From sequence record MZ234018.1: a stretch of DNA of 64,000 bases; one strand, 5' to 3'. Source of the DNA: Escherichia phage vB_EcoM-101117BS1. Position numbers and translations under genes: made by a program. The notes under the pieces are model-generated. The model worked only from the letters and a program-made list of their open reading frames with translations. It had not been told where the DNA came from and searched no databases. This document shows positions 28,521 to 37,206 of this stretch, in pieces (the first letter of the stretch is position 1; the number at the start of each line of letters is the position of its first letter).

Positions 28521-29359
28521 TTCAATTCGTAATTCCAAGTTATCAGCGTGTTGGGGCAGTTTCTGCCCTTGATATGTTTCCGACTGATTATGAACCCCAT
28601 ATTGTAGTGCGTGAACACGAAGAAAAAGCTTATTATGATGCCTATGGGTCTAGAGCTAAAATTGTAACTATTCCTGATGATGTAAATGGAATTGCCGGTA
28701 CTCGTAAAGCAATTACTGATATGTATGCAGGTCAACGAATCTGGATGATTGACGATGATACTACTATTCGTATGAGTTCAATGCGAAAAAGAGATGATCG
28801 TCGTTGTGTAGATAAAGTCAATCAATTGACTCGTGAACAGTTCTATGAATTGATTCAATATGTTGAGGATGCCATGGATTGCGGGTATTATCACGGTCAT
28901 GCTCGTCTACCTATTTTTAAAATTACTTCATCTTGGGGTAATTATCGTGAAAATTCATATGGATTCACGAATACATGGTATGACCTTGGAAAACTTACTA
29001 CAGAACAAATTGGGTATGGAAAAATTGATTTATGCGAAGATATGTATGCATTTCTCAATTTAATTAATCAAGGTTATCCGCATTTGGCCTTGTTCAAATA
29101 TCTAGTTGTATCTGGAAAAGCACAAGCTCCTGGCGGGTGCAGTTCAATTCGTAGTAATTCTAAACATAATAGAGCGCTTGAGCAAATCAATAGAGAGTTT
29201 CCAGAACAAGCTCGTTGGAAAACTTCTAATATTGAAAAACGAAAATCGTTGGGTGAAGAAGACGAGCCATTAAAGGTTCTTCGCATGTGTGTTTCGCGTA
29301 AAGAAAAATCAGAAGCATTTCATAAGTTTAATGCTATTCATCCGATAGCAGTTGATTAA
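28517..29359 (+). CDS. DNA glucosyltransferase (beta-alpha-gt-like, T2/T6 type rather than T4 b-gt)
   Basis: 280 aa in the b-gt position; sequence unlike T4 351-aa beta-gt as recalled. Confidence 0.55.
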   Translation: MIQFVIPSYQRVGAVSALDMFPTDYEPHIVVREHEEKAYYDAYGSRAKIVTIPDDVNGIAGTRKAITDMYAGQRIWMIDDDTTIRMSSMRKRDDRRCVDKVNQLTREQFYELIQYVEDAMDCGYYHGHARLPIFKITSSWGNYRENSYGFTNTWYDLGKLTTEQIGYGKIDLCEDMYAFLNLINQGYPHLALFKYLVVSGKAQAPGGCSSIRSNSKHNRALEQINREFPEQARWKTSNIEKRKSLGEEDEPLKVLRMCVSRKEKSEAFHKFNAIHPIAVD

Positions 29360-29436
29360 TGCCTAAATTTATTGTGTTATAATTACTCTATCTTTAACCA
29401 GTGAGGAAAATATAATGATGCCTATGGAAAAAATGA

Positions 29437-30618
29437 ATGTCTATTGCAGATTTAAAATCCCGTTTGATTAAAGCTTCCACTTCTAAAATGACTGCTGAAC
29501 TGACTACATCTAAATTCTTTAATGAAAAGGATGTAATCCGTACAAAAATCCCAATGCTTAATATTGCTATTTCTGGTGCGATTGATGGCGGCATGCAGTC
29601 TGGTTTAACTATTTTCGCAGGGCCTTCTAAACACTTTAAATCAAATATGTCTTTGACTATGGTTGCGGCATATTTGAACAAATATCCTGACGCGGTTTGT
29701 CTATTCTATGATAGCGAATTTGGTATTACTCCAGCTTATTTGCGATCCATGGGAGTTGACCCGGAACGAGTAATTCATACACCAATCCAGTCAGTTGAAC
29801 AACTGAAAATTGACATGGTGAATCAGCTTGAAGCTATTGAGCGTGGTGAAAAGGTTATTGTATTCATCGACTCAATCGGTAATATGGCTTCTAAGAAAGA
29901 AACGGAAGATGCCTTGAATGAAAAATCTGTGGCAGATATGACTCGTGCTAAATCACTGAAGTCATTATTCCGTATTGTTACTCCTTATTTTAGCATTAAA
30001 AATATTCCATGTGTTGCGGTTAACCATACAATTGAAACAATTGAAATGTTTAGTAAAACCGTGATGACAGGTGGTACAGGCGTAATGTATTCGGCTGATA
30101 CTGTATTCATTATCGGTAAACGCCAGATTAAAGATGGTTCTGATCTTCAGGGGTATCAATTTGTTCTAAATGTAGAAAAATCTCGTACCGTTAAAGAAAA
30201 AAGTAAATTCTTTATTGATGTTAAATTTGACGGTGGTATCGATCCTTATTCTGGATTGTTAGATATGGCTCTAGAATTAGGATTTGTAGTAAAACCTAAA
30301 AATGGCTGGTATGCCCGTGAATTTCTTGATGAAGAAACCGGTGAGATGATTCGCGAAGAAAAATCTTGGCGTGCAAAAGATACCAACTGCACTACATTCT
30401 GGGGTCCTTTATTTAAGCATCAACCATTCCGAGATGCTATTAAACGTGCTTATCAGTTAGGTGCTATTGATAGTAATGAAATTGTTGAAGCTGAAGTTGA
30501 TGAATTGATTAACTCAAAGGTTGAAAAATTTAAATCTCCAGAAAGTAAAAGTAAATCAGCTGCTGATTTAGAAACTGACCTCGAACAGTTAAGTGATATG
30601 GAAGAATTTAATGAATAA
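29437..30618 (+). CDS. uvsX: recombinase UvsX (RecA-like)
   Basis: 393 aa; Walker A GPSKHFKS; near-identical to T4 UvsX as recalled. Confidence 0.95.
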   Translation: MSIADLKSRLIKASTSKMTAELTTSKFFNEKDVIRTKIPMLNIAISGAIDGGMQSGLTIFAGPSKHFKSNMSLTMVAAYLNKYPDAVCLFYDSEFGITPAYLRSMGVDPERVIHTPIQSVEQLKIDMVNQLEAIERGEKVIVFIDSIGNMASKKETEDALNEKSVADMTRAKSLKSLFRIVTPYFSIKNIPCVAVNHTIETIEMFSKTVMTGGTGVMYSADTVFIIGKRQIKDGSDLQGYQFVLNVEKSRTVKEKSKFFIDVKFDGGIDPYSGLLDMALELGFVVKPKNGWYAREFLDEETGEMIREEKSWRAKDTNCTTFWGPLFKHQPFRDAIKRAYQLGAIDSNEIVEAEVDELINSKVEKFKSPESKSKSAADLETDLEQLSDMEEFNE

Positions 30619-30955
30619 AGATGATTTAGATTTAGATCTAGAAATTATCGATGAATCCCCCTCTTCGGAGGGGGAAGAAGAAAGAAAAGAACGTCTTTTT
30701 AATGAGTCTCTTAAGATAATTAAATCTGCTATGGAAAATGTTATCCAGGAGATTGTCATTAAACTAGAAGATGGTTCTACGCATATAGTGTATGTAACTA
30801 AACTGGATTGGGTTGATGGAAAGGTTGTAATGGACTTTGCTGTTCTTGACCAAGAAAGAAAAGCTGAGTTAGCTCCTCATGTAGAAAAATGTATTACAAT
30901 GCAACTGCAAGATGCATTTAATAAAAGGTCAAAGAAAAAATTTAAATTCTTTTAA
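30611..30955 (+). CDS. 40: gp40 (head vertex assembly protein)
   Basis: 114 aa from ATG 30611 (track GTG start 30593); position between uvsX and 41. Confidence 0.55.
   Translation: MNKDDLDLDLEIIDESPSSEGEEERKERLFNESLKIIKSAMENVIQEIVIKLEDGSTHIVYVTKLDWVDGKVVMDFAVLDQERKAELAPHVEKCITMQLQDAFNKRSKKKFKFF
30657..30674 (+). other. stable UUCG-loop RNA hairpin inside gene 40 coding sequence
   Basis: ccccctc-ttcg-gaggggg, 7-bp G/C stem. Confidence 0.5.
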
Positions 30956-30964
30956 GGAGTAAGT

Positions 30965-32392
30965 GTGGTAGAAATTATTCTTTCTCATCTCATATTTGAT
31001 CAAGCTTATTTTTCAAAAGTTTGGCCATATATGGATTCAGAATATTTTGAAAGTGGTCCAGCTAAAAATACATTCAAATTAATTAAATCTCATGTCAATG
31101 AGTATCATAGCGTTCCATCTATTAATGCGTTAAATGTTGCATTAGAAAATAGTTCATTTACTGAAACAGAATATTCTGGTGTAAAAACACTTATTTCAAA
31201 ACTGGCTGATTCTCCGGAAGACCACAGTTGGTTAATAAAAGAAACAGAAAAATATGTTCAGCAAAGGGCGATGTTTAATGCTACGTCTAAAATAATCGAA
31301 ATTCAAACTAATGCTGAGCTTCCTCCGGAAAAACGAAATAAGAAAATGCCGGACGTTGGTGCTATTCCTGACATTATGCGACAAGCATTATCAATTTCAT
31401 TTGATAGTTACGTTGGTCATGATTGGATGGATGACTACGAAGCACGTTGGCTATCTTATATGAATAAAGCTCGTAAGGTTCCATTTAAACTCAGAATTCT
31501 AAACAAAATTACTAAAGGCGGAGCTGAGACTGGAACACTGAACGTTTTAATGGCTGGCGTTAACGTTGGTAAGTCATTAGGATTGTGTTCATTGGCAGCA
31601 GATTATTTGCAGCTCGGACATAATGTTCTTTACATTTCCATGGAAATGGCAGAAGAAGTCTGTGCTAAGCGTATTGATGCTAATATGCTTGATGTTTCTC
31701 TTGATGATATTGATGATGGGCATATTTCTTACGCTGAGTATAAAGGAAAAATGGAAAAATGGCGTGAGAAATCTACCCTTGGTCGTTTAATCGTTAAGCA
31801 ATATCCTACTGGTGGAGCAGACGCTAATACATTTCGATCACTTTTAAATGAATTAAAGCTCAAGAAGAATTTTGTTCCAACAGTCATTATTGTCGACTAT
31901 CTAGGTATTTGTAAATCTTGCCGCATTAGAGTTTATTCAGAAAATAGTTACACAACTGTTAAAGCTATCGCAGAGGAATTGCGTGCTCTGGCTGTTGAAA
32001 CCGAAACTGTTCTTTGGACTGCAGCACAGGTCGGTAAACAAGCTTGGGACTCTTCCGATGTTAACATGAGCGATATTGCAGAATCTGCTGGTCTTCCAGC
32101 AACAGCTGATTTTATGCTTGCGGTCATTGAAACCGAGGAGCTAGCAGCTGCTGAACAACAACTCATTAAGCAAATCAAATCACGATATGGCGATAAGAAT
32201 AAGTGGAATAAGTTTTTAATGGGTGTTCAAAAGGGAAATCAGAAATGGGTAGAAATTGAACAAGATTCTACTCCAACTGAAGTGAGTGAAGTAGCAGGTT
32301 CACAACAGATTCAGGCTGAACAGAATCGCTATCAAAGAAACGAATCAGCTCGAGCTCAGTTAGATGCTTTGGCAAATGAATTAAAATTTTAG
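30965..32392 (+). CDS. 41: replicative DNA helicase gp41
   Basis: 475 aa; GTG start; Walker A GVNVGKS; matches T4 gp41. Confidence 0.95.
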   Translation: MVEIILSHLIFDQAYFSKVWPYMDSEYFESGPAKNTFKLIKSHVNEYHSVPSINALNVALENSSFTETEYSGVKTLISKLADSPEDHSWLIKETEKYVQQRAMFNATSKIIEIQTNAELPPEKRNKKMPDVGAIPDIMRQALSISFDSYVGHDWMDDYEARWLSYMNKARKVPFKLRILNKITKGGAETGTLNVLMAGVNVGKSLGLCSLAADYLQLGHNVLYISMEMAEEVCAKRIDANMLDVSLDDIDDGHISYAEYKGKMEKWREKSTLGRLIVKQYPTGGADANTFRSLLNELKLKKNFVPTVIIVDYLGICKSCRIRVYSENSYTTVKAIAEELRALAVETETVLWTAAQVGKQAWDSSDVNMSDIAESAGLPATADFMLAVIETEELAAAEQQLIKQIKSRYGDKNKWNKFLMGVQKGNQKWVEIEQDSTPTEVSEVAGSQQIQAEQNRYQRNESARAQLDALANELKF

Positions 32393-32421
32393 TTTACAAG
32401 CTGACAAGACTATGGTATAGT
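32392..32421 (+). promoter_or_regulatory. T4-type early promoter
   Basis: GTTTAC 32392-32397, 18-bp spacer, TGGTATAGT. Confidence 0.55.
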
Positions 32422-32450
32422 AGTCTTGTTGGTTAAATGAGGAGATTGTT

Positions 32451-32633
32451 ATGGAATTGGTAAAGGTAGTTTTTATGGGGTGGTTTAAGAATGAAAGCAT
32501 GTTTATTAAAGAAATCACAATGATGAAAGATGACGTTCAATGGGCTACTACTCAATATGCTGAAGTTAATAAAGCATTAGTTAAAGCTTTCATTGATGAC
32601 AAGAAAGTGTGCGAAGTGGATTGCCGAGGATAA
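32451..32633 (+). CDS. dmd: Dmd, inhibitor of host RnlA/LsoA toxins
   Basis: 60 aa MELVKVVFMGWFKNESMF...; matches T4 Dmd as recalled. Confidence 0.75.
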   Translation: MELVKVVFMGWFKNESMFIKEITMMKDDVQWATTQYAEVNKALVKAFIDDKKVCEVDCRG

Positions 32634-32634
32634 T

Positions 32635-32892
32635 ATGCATATTGTTTTATTTAAACCTACTCCGTATAACGTCAGGAAAAATACTCAATTCAAAGCACTT
32701 ATTGCAGATACGTGGGAATTGGTGTTAGATATTCCAGCAGAAGAAAGTCCTCCATTTGGTCGAGTGGAATTTATTAAGTTTGCTGTACGTCCTACGAAGA
32801 GGCAGATTCGTCAGTATAAAAGGTATTTTCGTAAAATCGTTAAGCTAGAGAAACAGTTTGTAACATGTGATTACGCAGAAGTTTTAAAATAG
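32635..32892 (+). CDS. small basic protein at the T4 61.4 position (possible TifA-like ToxIN inhibitor)
   Basis: 85 aa from ATG 32635; Arg/Lys-rich C-terminus; adjacent to dmd. Confidence 0.4.
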   Translation: MHIVLFKPTPYNVRKNTQFKALIADTWELVLDIPAEESPPFGRVEFIKFAVRPTKRQIRQYKRYFRKIVKLEKQFVTCDYAEVLK

Positions 32893-32894
32893 CT

Positions 32895-32924
32895 GTTTAC
32901 TTTTGTTGGAAATTGAGATACTAT
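32895..32924 (+). promoter_or_regulatory. T4-type early promoter
   Basis: GTTTAC 32895-32900, 18-bp spacer, TACTAT 32919-32924. Confidence 0.5.
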
Positions 32925-32952
32925 ATAAACATAAACTACTGAGGAGATTATC

Positions 32953-33246
32953 ATGAAAAAATTTATTTTTGCTACAATTTTTACTTTGGCTTCTTGTGCT
33001 GCTCAGCCTGCTATGGCAGGATATGATAAAGATTTGTGTGAATGGTCTATGACTGCAGATCAGACTGAAGTTGAAACTCAAATTGAAGCGGATATTATGA
33101 ATATCGTTGAGCGCGATCGTCCTGAAATGAAAGCTGAAGTGCAAAAACAACTTAAGTCTGGTGGTGTAATGCAGTATAATTATGTTCTGTATTGCGATAA
33201 AAACTTTAATAACAAAAATATCGTAACCGAAATCACAGGCGAATAA
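32953..33246 (+). CDS. sp: Spackle (Sp), periplasmic superinfection-exclusion protein
   Basis: 97 aa with cleavable signal peptide ending AQPAMA; matches T4 Sp. Confidence 0.75.
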   Translation: MKKFIFATIFTLASCAAQPAMAGYDKDLCEWSMTADQTEVETQIEADIMNIVERDRPEMKAEVQKQLKSGGVMQYNYVLYCDKNFNNKNIVTEITGE

Positions 33247-33247
33247 T

Positions 33248-33880
33248 ATGATTTATTATATGCACAAAAATCCACCGTTTAAATACGGTAAATTTCCTGA
33301 TGCACAATGTTATAATATAACGCCTGATGAAAATAACCGTGGATATCTTATTGGCACAATTTTTGTAATTGTTAAAGATAACGAAATCGTTGCCTGGGCA
33401 GATTTTAAAGGTACAACATATGATGTTAATCCGGTGCCTTTCACATATTACAATTTAATGGATTTGGCATACGATTATAATTGGTTTAATCATGACACTT
33501 TGGCTCATATTGAAGGTGTAGGATTTGATATTTCATATTCGGAATACACTTTAAGCCCTATGAGTCGAGCCCATAAAGAACCTGAATATTTTTCATTTAG
33601 GAAACGTGTAAACTTTAAACGCAGCACAGAGTATGTCGGTGGAATCTTTGTTAAAGATAATCGAATTATTCGTATTAATTATCCTTTGAGCGTTAGTCAA
33701 AAAGATATTGATGTTGATTTAGATTTCACTGAAAATAATATTAATAATATTGCTTCTGTGTATTTTGGTATCGATCACAAAATTGTAATATGTGGATATG
33801 AATTACCGTTTGAAGAACAGCCTAAAGTAAAAGTTTCTATTGACGATCAAATTTTTAATGCTTTTATGAATAAAGGTTAA
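33248..33880 (+). CDS. hypothetical protein at the T4 61.2 position (possible AdfA-like)
   Basis: 210-aa ORF; C-terminal tail IDDQIFNAFMNKG is shared with the next ORF. Confidence 0.45.
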   Translation: MIYYMHKNPPFKYGKFPDAQCYNITPDENNRGYLIGTIFVIVKDNEIVAWADFKGTTYDVNPVPFTYYNLMDLAYDYNWFNHDTLAHIEGVGFDISYSEYTLSPMSRAHKEPEYFSFRKRVNFKRSTEYVGGIFVKDNRIIRINYPLSVSQKDIDVDLDFTENNINNIASVYFGIDHKIVICGYELPFEEQPKVKVSIDDQIFNAFMNKG

Positions 33881-33884
33881 TATG
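33836..33884 (+). repeat. 49-bp direct repeat, copy A (3' end of ORF plus junction to next start)
   Basis: tctattgacgatcaaatttttaatgcttttatgaataaaggttaatatg; 3 mismatches to copy B. Confidence 0.8.
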
Positions 33885-34238
33885 TATAGTTCTGAATTTT
33901 CATATTTAAAAATGGAAAAAATTTCATACGATTTTATAGATGAAAAGGTTTATTACAGTTTCCATGAACCGCGTTTTAATAGTGAGGTTGGGTTTATTGT
34001 AGTAAAAGACAATTTCATTTTAAAGATATATTCGGCATTAAAGGATTTTCACTACGAAAATATTAACCTAAAATTTGATAAAGAAAACGTTCGTAATTGT
34101 GCAGTAACAATTACAGGAAATAAAGGTACATGTGTTATGCTATCTGATGAAATTAATGATTTGCTAAATGATGCAGAAAATATTACTGCGCCATCTATTG
34201 ATGACCAAATTTTTAATGCTTTTATGAATAGAGGTTAA
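33882..34238 (+). CDS. hypothetical protein
   Basis: 118-aa ORF ending IDDQIFNAFMNRG. Confidence 0.45.
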   Translation: MYSSEFSYLKMEKISYDFIDEKVYYSFHEPRFNSEVGFIVVKDNFILKIYSALKDFHYENINLKFDKENVRNCAVTITGNKGTCVMLSDEINDLLNDAENITAPSIDDQIFNAFMNRG

Positions 34239-34242
34239 TATG
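34194..34242 (+). repeat. 49-bp direct repeat, copy B
   Basis: tctattgatgaccaaatttttaatgcttttatgaatagaggttaatatg. Confidence 0.8.
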
Positions 34243-34404
34243 AAAACATATAAAGAATTTATTAAAGAAGATATGGTCGCTGGAGATTCAGGTGGTAATC
34301 CTGAAAATATCTCTACTGGAACAACATCAGGTGCTGTAGTAAATAAAGGTCCTGAACAGATTCCTAAAAAGAAAAAAGAGGAATCTAAAGAAAAAGAAGA
34401 GTAA
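34240..34404 (+). CDS. hypothetical small Lys/Glu-rich protein
   Basis: 54-aa ORF filling the gap to gene 61. Confidence 0.35.
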   Translation: MKTYKEFIKEDMVAGDSGGNPENISTGTTSGAVVNKGPEQIPKKKKEESKEKEE

Positions 34405-34406
34405 AA

Positions 34407-35435
34407 ATGTCATCAATACCTTGGATTGATAATGAGTTTGCGTATCGTGCATTGGCTCATTTACCTAAATTCACACAAGTAAATAATAGTTCAACTTTTA
34501 AATTGCGGTTTAGATGTCCTGTTTGTGGAGATTCAAAAACCGACCAGAATAAAGCTCGTGGATGGTATTATGGTGATAATAATGAAGGAAATATTCATTG
34601 TTATAACTGTAATTATCATGCACCAATCGGAATATATTTAAAGGAGTTTGAACCTGATTTATATCGTGAGTATATCTTTGAAATAAGAAAAGAAAAAGGT
34701 AAAAGTCGTCCAGTAGAAAAACCTAAAGAACTTCCTAAGCAACCTGAGAAGAAAATAATTAAATCTCTTCCGTCATGTGTTAGATTAGATAAACTGGCGG
34801 AAGACCATCCAATTATAAAATATGTAAAAGCTCGTTGTATTCCAAAGGATAAATGGAAATATCTTTGGTTTACAACCGAATGGCCTAAATTAGTTAATAG
34901 CATAGCACCGGGAACATACAAAAAGGAAATTTCTGAGCCTCGTCTTGTTATTCCAATTTATAATGCTAATGGAAAAGCTGAGTCTTTTCAAGGACGTGCA
35001 TTAAAGAAAGATGCTCCTCAAAAATATATCACCATTAAAGCTTATCCTGAGGCAACAAAAATTTACGGTGTTGAACGAGTTAAAGATGGTGATGTATATG
35101 TTCTAGAAGGACCTATAGATTCACTTTTTATTGAAAATGGTATAGCTATTACAGGTGGTCAATTAGACCTAGAAGTTGTTCCATTTAAAGATAGACGAGT
35201 GTGGGTTTTAGATAATGAACCTCGTCACCCTGACACTATCAAACGAATGACTAAATTAGTTGATGCTGGAGAAAGGGTTATGTTTTGGGATAAATCTCCC
35301 TGGAAATCAAAAGATGTCAATGATATGATTAGAAAGGAAGGTGCAACCCCTGAACAAATTATGGAATATATGAAAAATAATATTGCCCAGGGGTTGATGG
35401 CTAAAATGCGGCTATCTAAATATGCTAAGATTTAA
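34407..35435 (+). CDS. 61: DNA primase gp61
   Basis: 342 aa; N-terminal zinc ribbon CPVCGDS...CYNC and TOPRIM domain. Confidence 0.95.
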   Translation: MSSIPWIDNEFAYRALAHLPKFTQVNNSSTFKLRFRCPVCGDSKTDQNKARGWYYGDNNEGNIHCYNCNYHAPIGIYLKEFEPDLYREYIFEIRKEKGKSRPVEKPKELPKQPEKKIIKSLPSCVRLDKLAEDHPIIKYVKARCIPKDKWKYLWFTTEWPKLVNSIAPGTYKKEISEPRLVIPIYNANGKAESFQGRALKKDAPQKYITIKAYPEATKIYGVERVKDGDVYVLEGPIDSLFIENGIAITGGQLDLEVVPFKDRRVWVLDNEPRHPDTIKRMTKLVDAGERVMFWDKSPWKSKDVNDMIRKEGATPEQIMEYMKNNIAQGLMAKMRLSKYAKI

Positions 35436-35632
35436 ATCAACCCAACTAAAGCAAATGCTAAATCTACAAATGTATCAAGAGTAACTACTGGAATATTAAT
35501 ACCATGCGCAATTGCAACAGGTGATAGAATAAAGTTCCAGAGTAAAATTCCTACCATAGCAGAAATAGTAAAAGCTATACGTTTTTTATTACCTTTTATG
35601 GCATTAACAAGTGCCATTAATTTTTGTACCAT
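35432..35632 (-). CDS. small membrane protein encoded antisense to the early-gene block
   Basis: 66 aa with two hydrophobic segments; AAGGAGG SD 4 nt upstream of ATG on the - strand. Confidence 0.4.
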   Translation of the reverse strand: MVQKLMALVNAIKGNKKRIAFTISAMVGILLWNFILSPVAIAHGINIPVVTLDTFVDLAFALVGLI

Positions 35633-35645
35633 ATGTCCTCCTTAT

Positions 35646-35669
35646 TGCTTTATATATTTATTGTATAAT
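35646..35669 (+). promoter_or_regulatory. MotA-dependent middle promoter candidate upstream of gene 56
   Basis: TGCTTTA 35646-35652, 11-bp spacer, TATAAT 35664-35669. Confidence 0.5.
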
Positions 35670-35703
35670 TAATCTACTAACCCATGAATTGAAAGGAAAA
35701 ATA

Positions 35704-36222
35704 ATGGCTTACTTTAATGAATGTGCTCATTTGATCGAAGGTGTTGATAAAGCAAATCGTGCATATGCTGAGAATATTATGCACAATATTGACCCACTGC
35801 AGGTTATGCTTGATATGCAGCGGCATTTACAGATTCGTTTGGCTAATGATAAACCAGAAACAAATCGTCATCCTGATTCACTTGAAACCGCAGGAGAAGT
35901 TCTTGCTTGGTTGCGAAACCAAGACGATTATATCGCAGATGAAACTCGCGAACTATATACTTCTCTTGGTGGTATGAGTAATGGTGAAAAAGAAGCTTCT
36001 GCTGTATGGAAACCTTGGAAGAAACGTTATTCTGAAATGCAATCCAAGAAAATTCAAGATTTATCTCCCGAAGATCAGCTTGAAATTAAATTTGAACTGA
36101 TTGACCAATTTCACTTTTTCATGAATAAATTTATTGCTCTTGGAATGTCAGCTGAAGAAATCTTTAAACTTTATTACCTGAAAAATGCTGAAAACTTCGC
36201 TCGTCAAGACCGAGGTTATTAA
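35704..36222 (+). CDS. 56: dCTP pyrophosphatase gp56 (MazG-like)
   Basis: 172 aa from ATG 35704 (MAYFNECAHLIEGVDKA...). Confidence 0.7.
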   Translation: MAYFNECAHLIEGVDKANRAYAENIMHNIDPLQVMLDMQRHLQIRLANDKPETNRHPDSLETAGEVLAWLRNQDDYIADETRELYTSLGGMSNGEKEASAVWKPWKKRYSEMQSKKIQDLSPEDQLEIKFELIDQFHFFMNKFIALGMSAEEIFKLYYLKNAENFARQDRGY

Positions 36223-36422
36223 TGGCTCGTTTAAATAAGCGTCAGCTTAAGAAAGCCCATAAGAAACGTATTGACCAGCTATTTAAAGATTATAACAAGG
36301 AGCTCGTATGTGAGCTCTTAACTAATCAACTTCGTATGGTTGATTGGGTTATAGAAGAAGGTCCTGACGAAATTTTTGTCAGCGAAGAAGCCTTAAAATT
36401 AATTATAGAGCATTCAAAATGA
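36222..36422 (+). CDS. hypothetical protein
   Basis: 66-aa ORF. Confidence 0.4.
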   Translation: MARLNKRQLKKAHKKRIDQLFKDYNKELVCELLTNQLRMVDWVIEEGPDEIFVSEEALKLIIEHSK

Positions 36423-36628
36423 AATTTGATTTCTACGCGTGGCAAAAAGCCGGGAGACCGGCTACTCGAGCATTTGGTTCTGATGGATATAATATTAGAG
36501 CCCATTGGAAATTTAATGCTCCAGAAGATTATTCTCCGGTAATTATTAACGGTGATGTTGTTATATTAACTAAAATCGGATATTTTAACGTTCCGCGAGA
36601 ATTTATTATAAATAATCATGTAATTTAA
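36419..36628 (+). CDS. hypothetical protein
   Basis: 69-aa ORF. Confidence 0.4.
   Translation: MKFDFYAWQKAGRPATRAFGSDGYNIRAHWKFNAPEDYSPVIINGDVVILTKIGYFNVPREFIINNHVI
36607..36614 (+). promoter_or_regulatory. T4 late promoter (TATAAATA) upstream of soc
   Basis: TATAAATA located 30 nt upstream of the soc ATG. Confidence 0.5.
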
Positions 36629-36644
36629 ATAAAAGGAGAATTAC

Positions 36645-36902
36645 ATGGCTAGTACTCGCGGTTATGTTAATATCAAAACATTTGACCAAGCAGTTGATGG
36701 TGGTACAATTCAGGGTAAAGAAATTTCTGTAGCTTTCCCTCTTTATTCTGATGTTCACAAAATTTCTGGTGCTCATTATCAGACATTCCCTTCTGAAAAA
36801 GCAGCATATTCTACAGTATATGAAGAAAATCAGCGTACTGAATGGATCACTGCTAATGAAGGTCTTTGGACTGTTACGCCAACTCCAGGTATTGGTGGTT
36901 AA
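36645..36902 (+). CDS. soc: small outer capsid protein Soc
   Basis: 85 aa MASTRGYVNIKTF...; matches T4 Soc as recalled. Confidence 0.85.
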   Translation: MASTRGYVNIKTFDQAVDGGTIQGKEISVAFPLYSDVHKISGAHYQTFPSEKAAYSTVYEENQRTEWITANEGLWTVTPTPGIGG

Positions 36903-36908
36903 AATTTA

Positions 36909-36940
36909 AGGAATCCTTCGGGGTTCCTTTTTTCGTTTTT
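36909..36940 (+). terminator. rho-independent terminator after soc
   Basis: aggaatcc-ttcg-gggttcct hairpin followed by tttttcgttttt. Confidence 0.6.
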
Positions 36941-36943
36941 GCA

Positions 36944-36973
36944 GTTTACATATCAAAATGAGTATGGTATAAT
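36944..36973 (+). promoter_or_regulatory. T4-type early promoter
   Basis: GTTTAC 36944-36949, 18-bp spacer, TGGTATAAT. Confidence 0.6.
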
Positions 36974-36999
36974 AGAATTATCTTATAGAGGAGAGCACT

Positions 37000-37206
37000 A
37001 TGTTAAATCGTTGGATTAAACCAAATGAAGATTTAGATATTATCATTTCACGGCATGTAATGAAGAAATATGAACTGCAACCATGGTCTACAGAAGTTGT
37101 TGTTCATTCATTTATGATGTACGCAGATGGTTCTGTCGAATTTAATGCAGAAATTCGATATGATTATGGCGAAAAGCAAGTCGAATTCAAGAGAGGCTTT
37201 TTGTAA
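37000..37206 (+). CDS. hypothetical protein
   Basis: 68-aa ORF. Confidence 0.4.
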   Translation: MLNRWIKPNEDLDIIISRHVMKKYELQPWSTEVVVHSFMMYADGSVEFNAEIRYDYGEKQVEFKRGFL

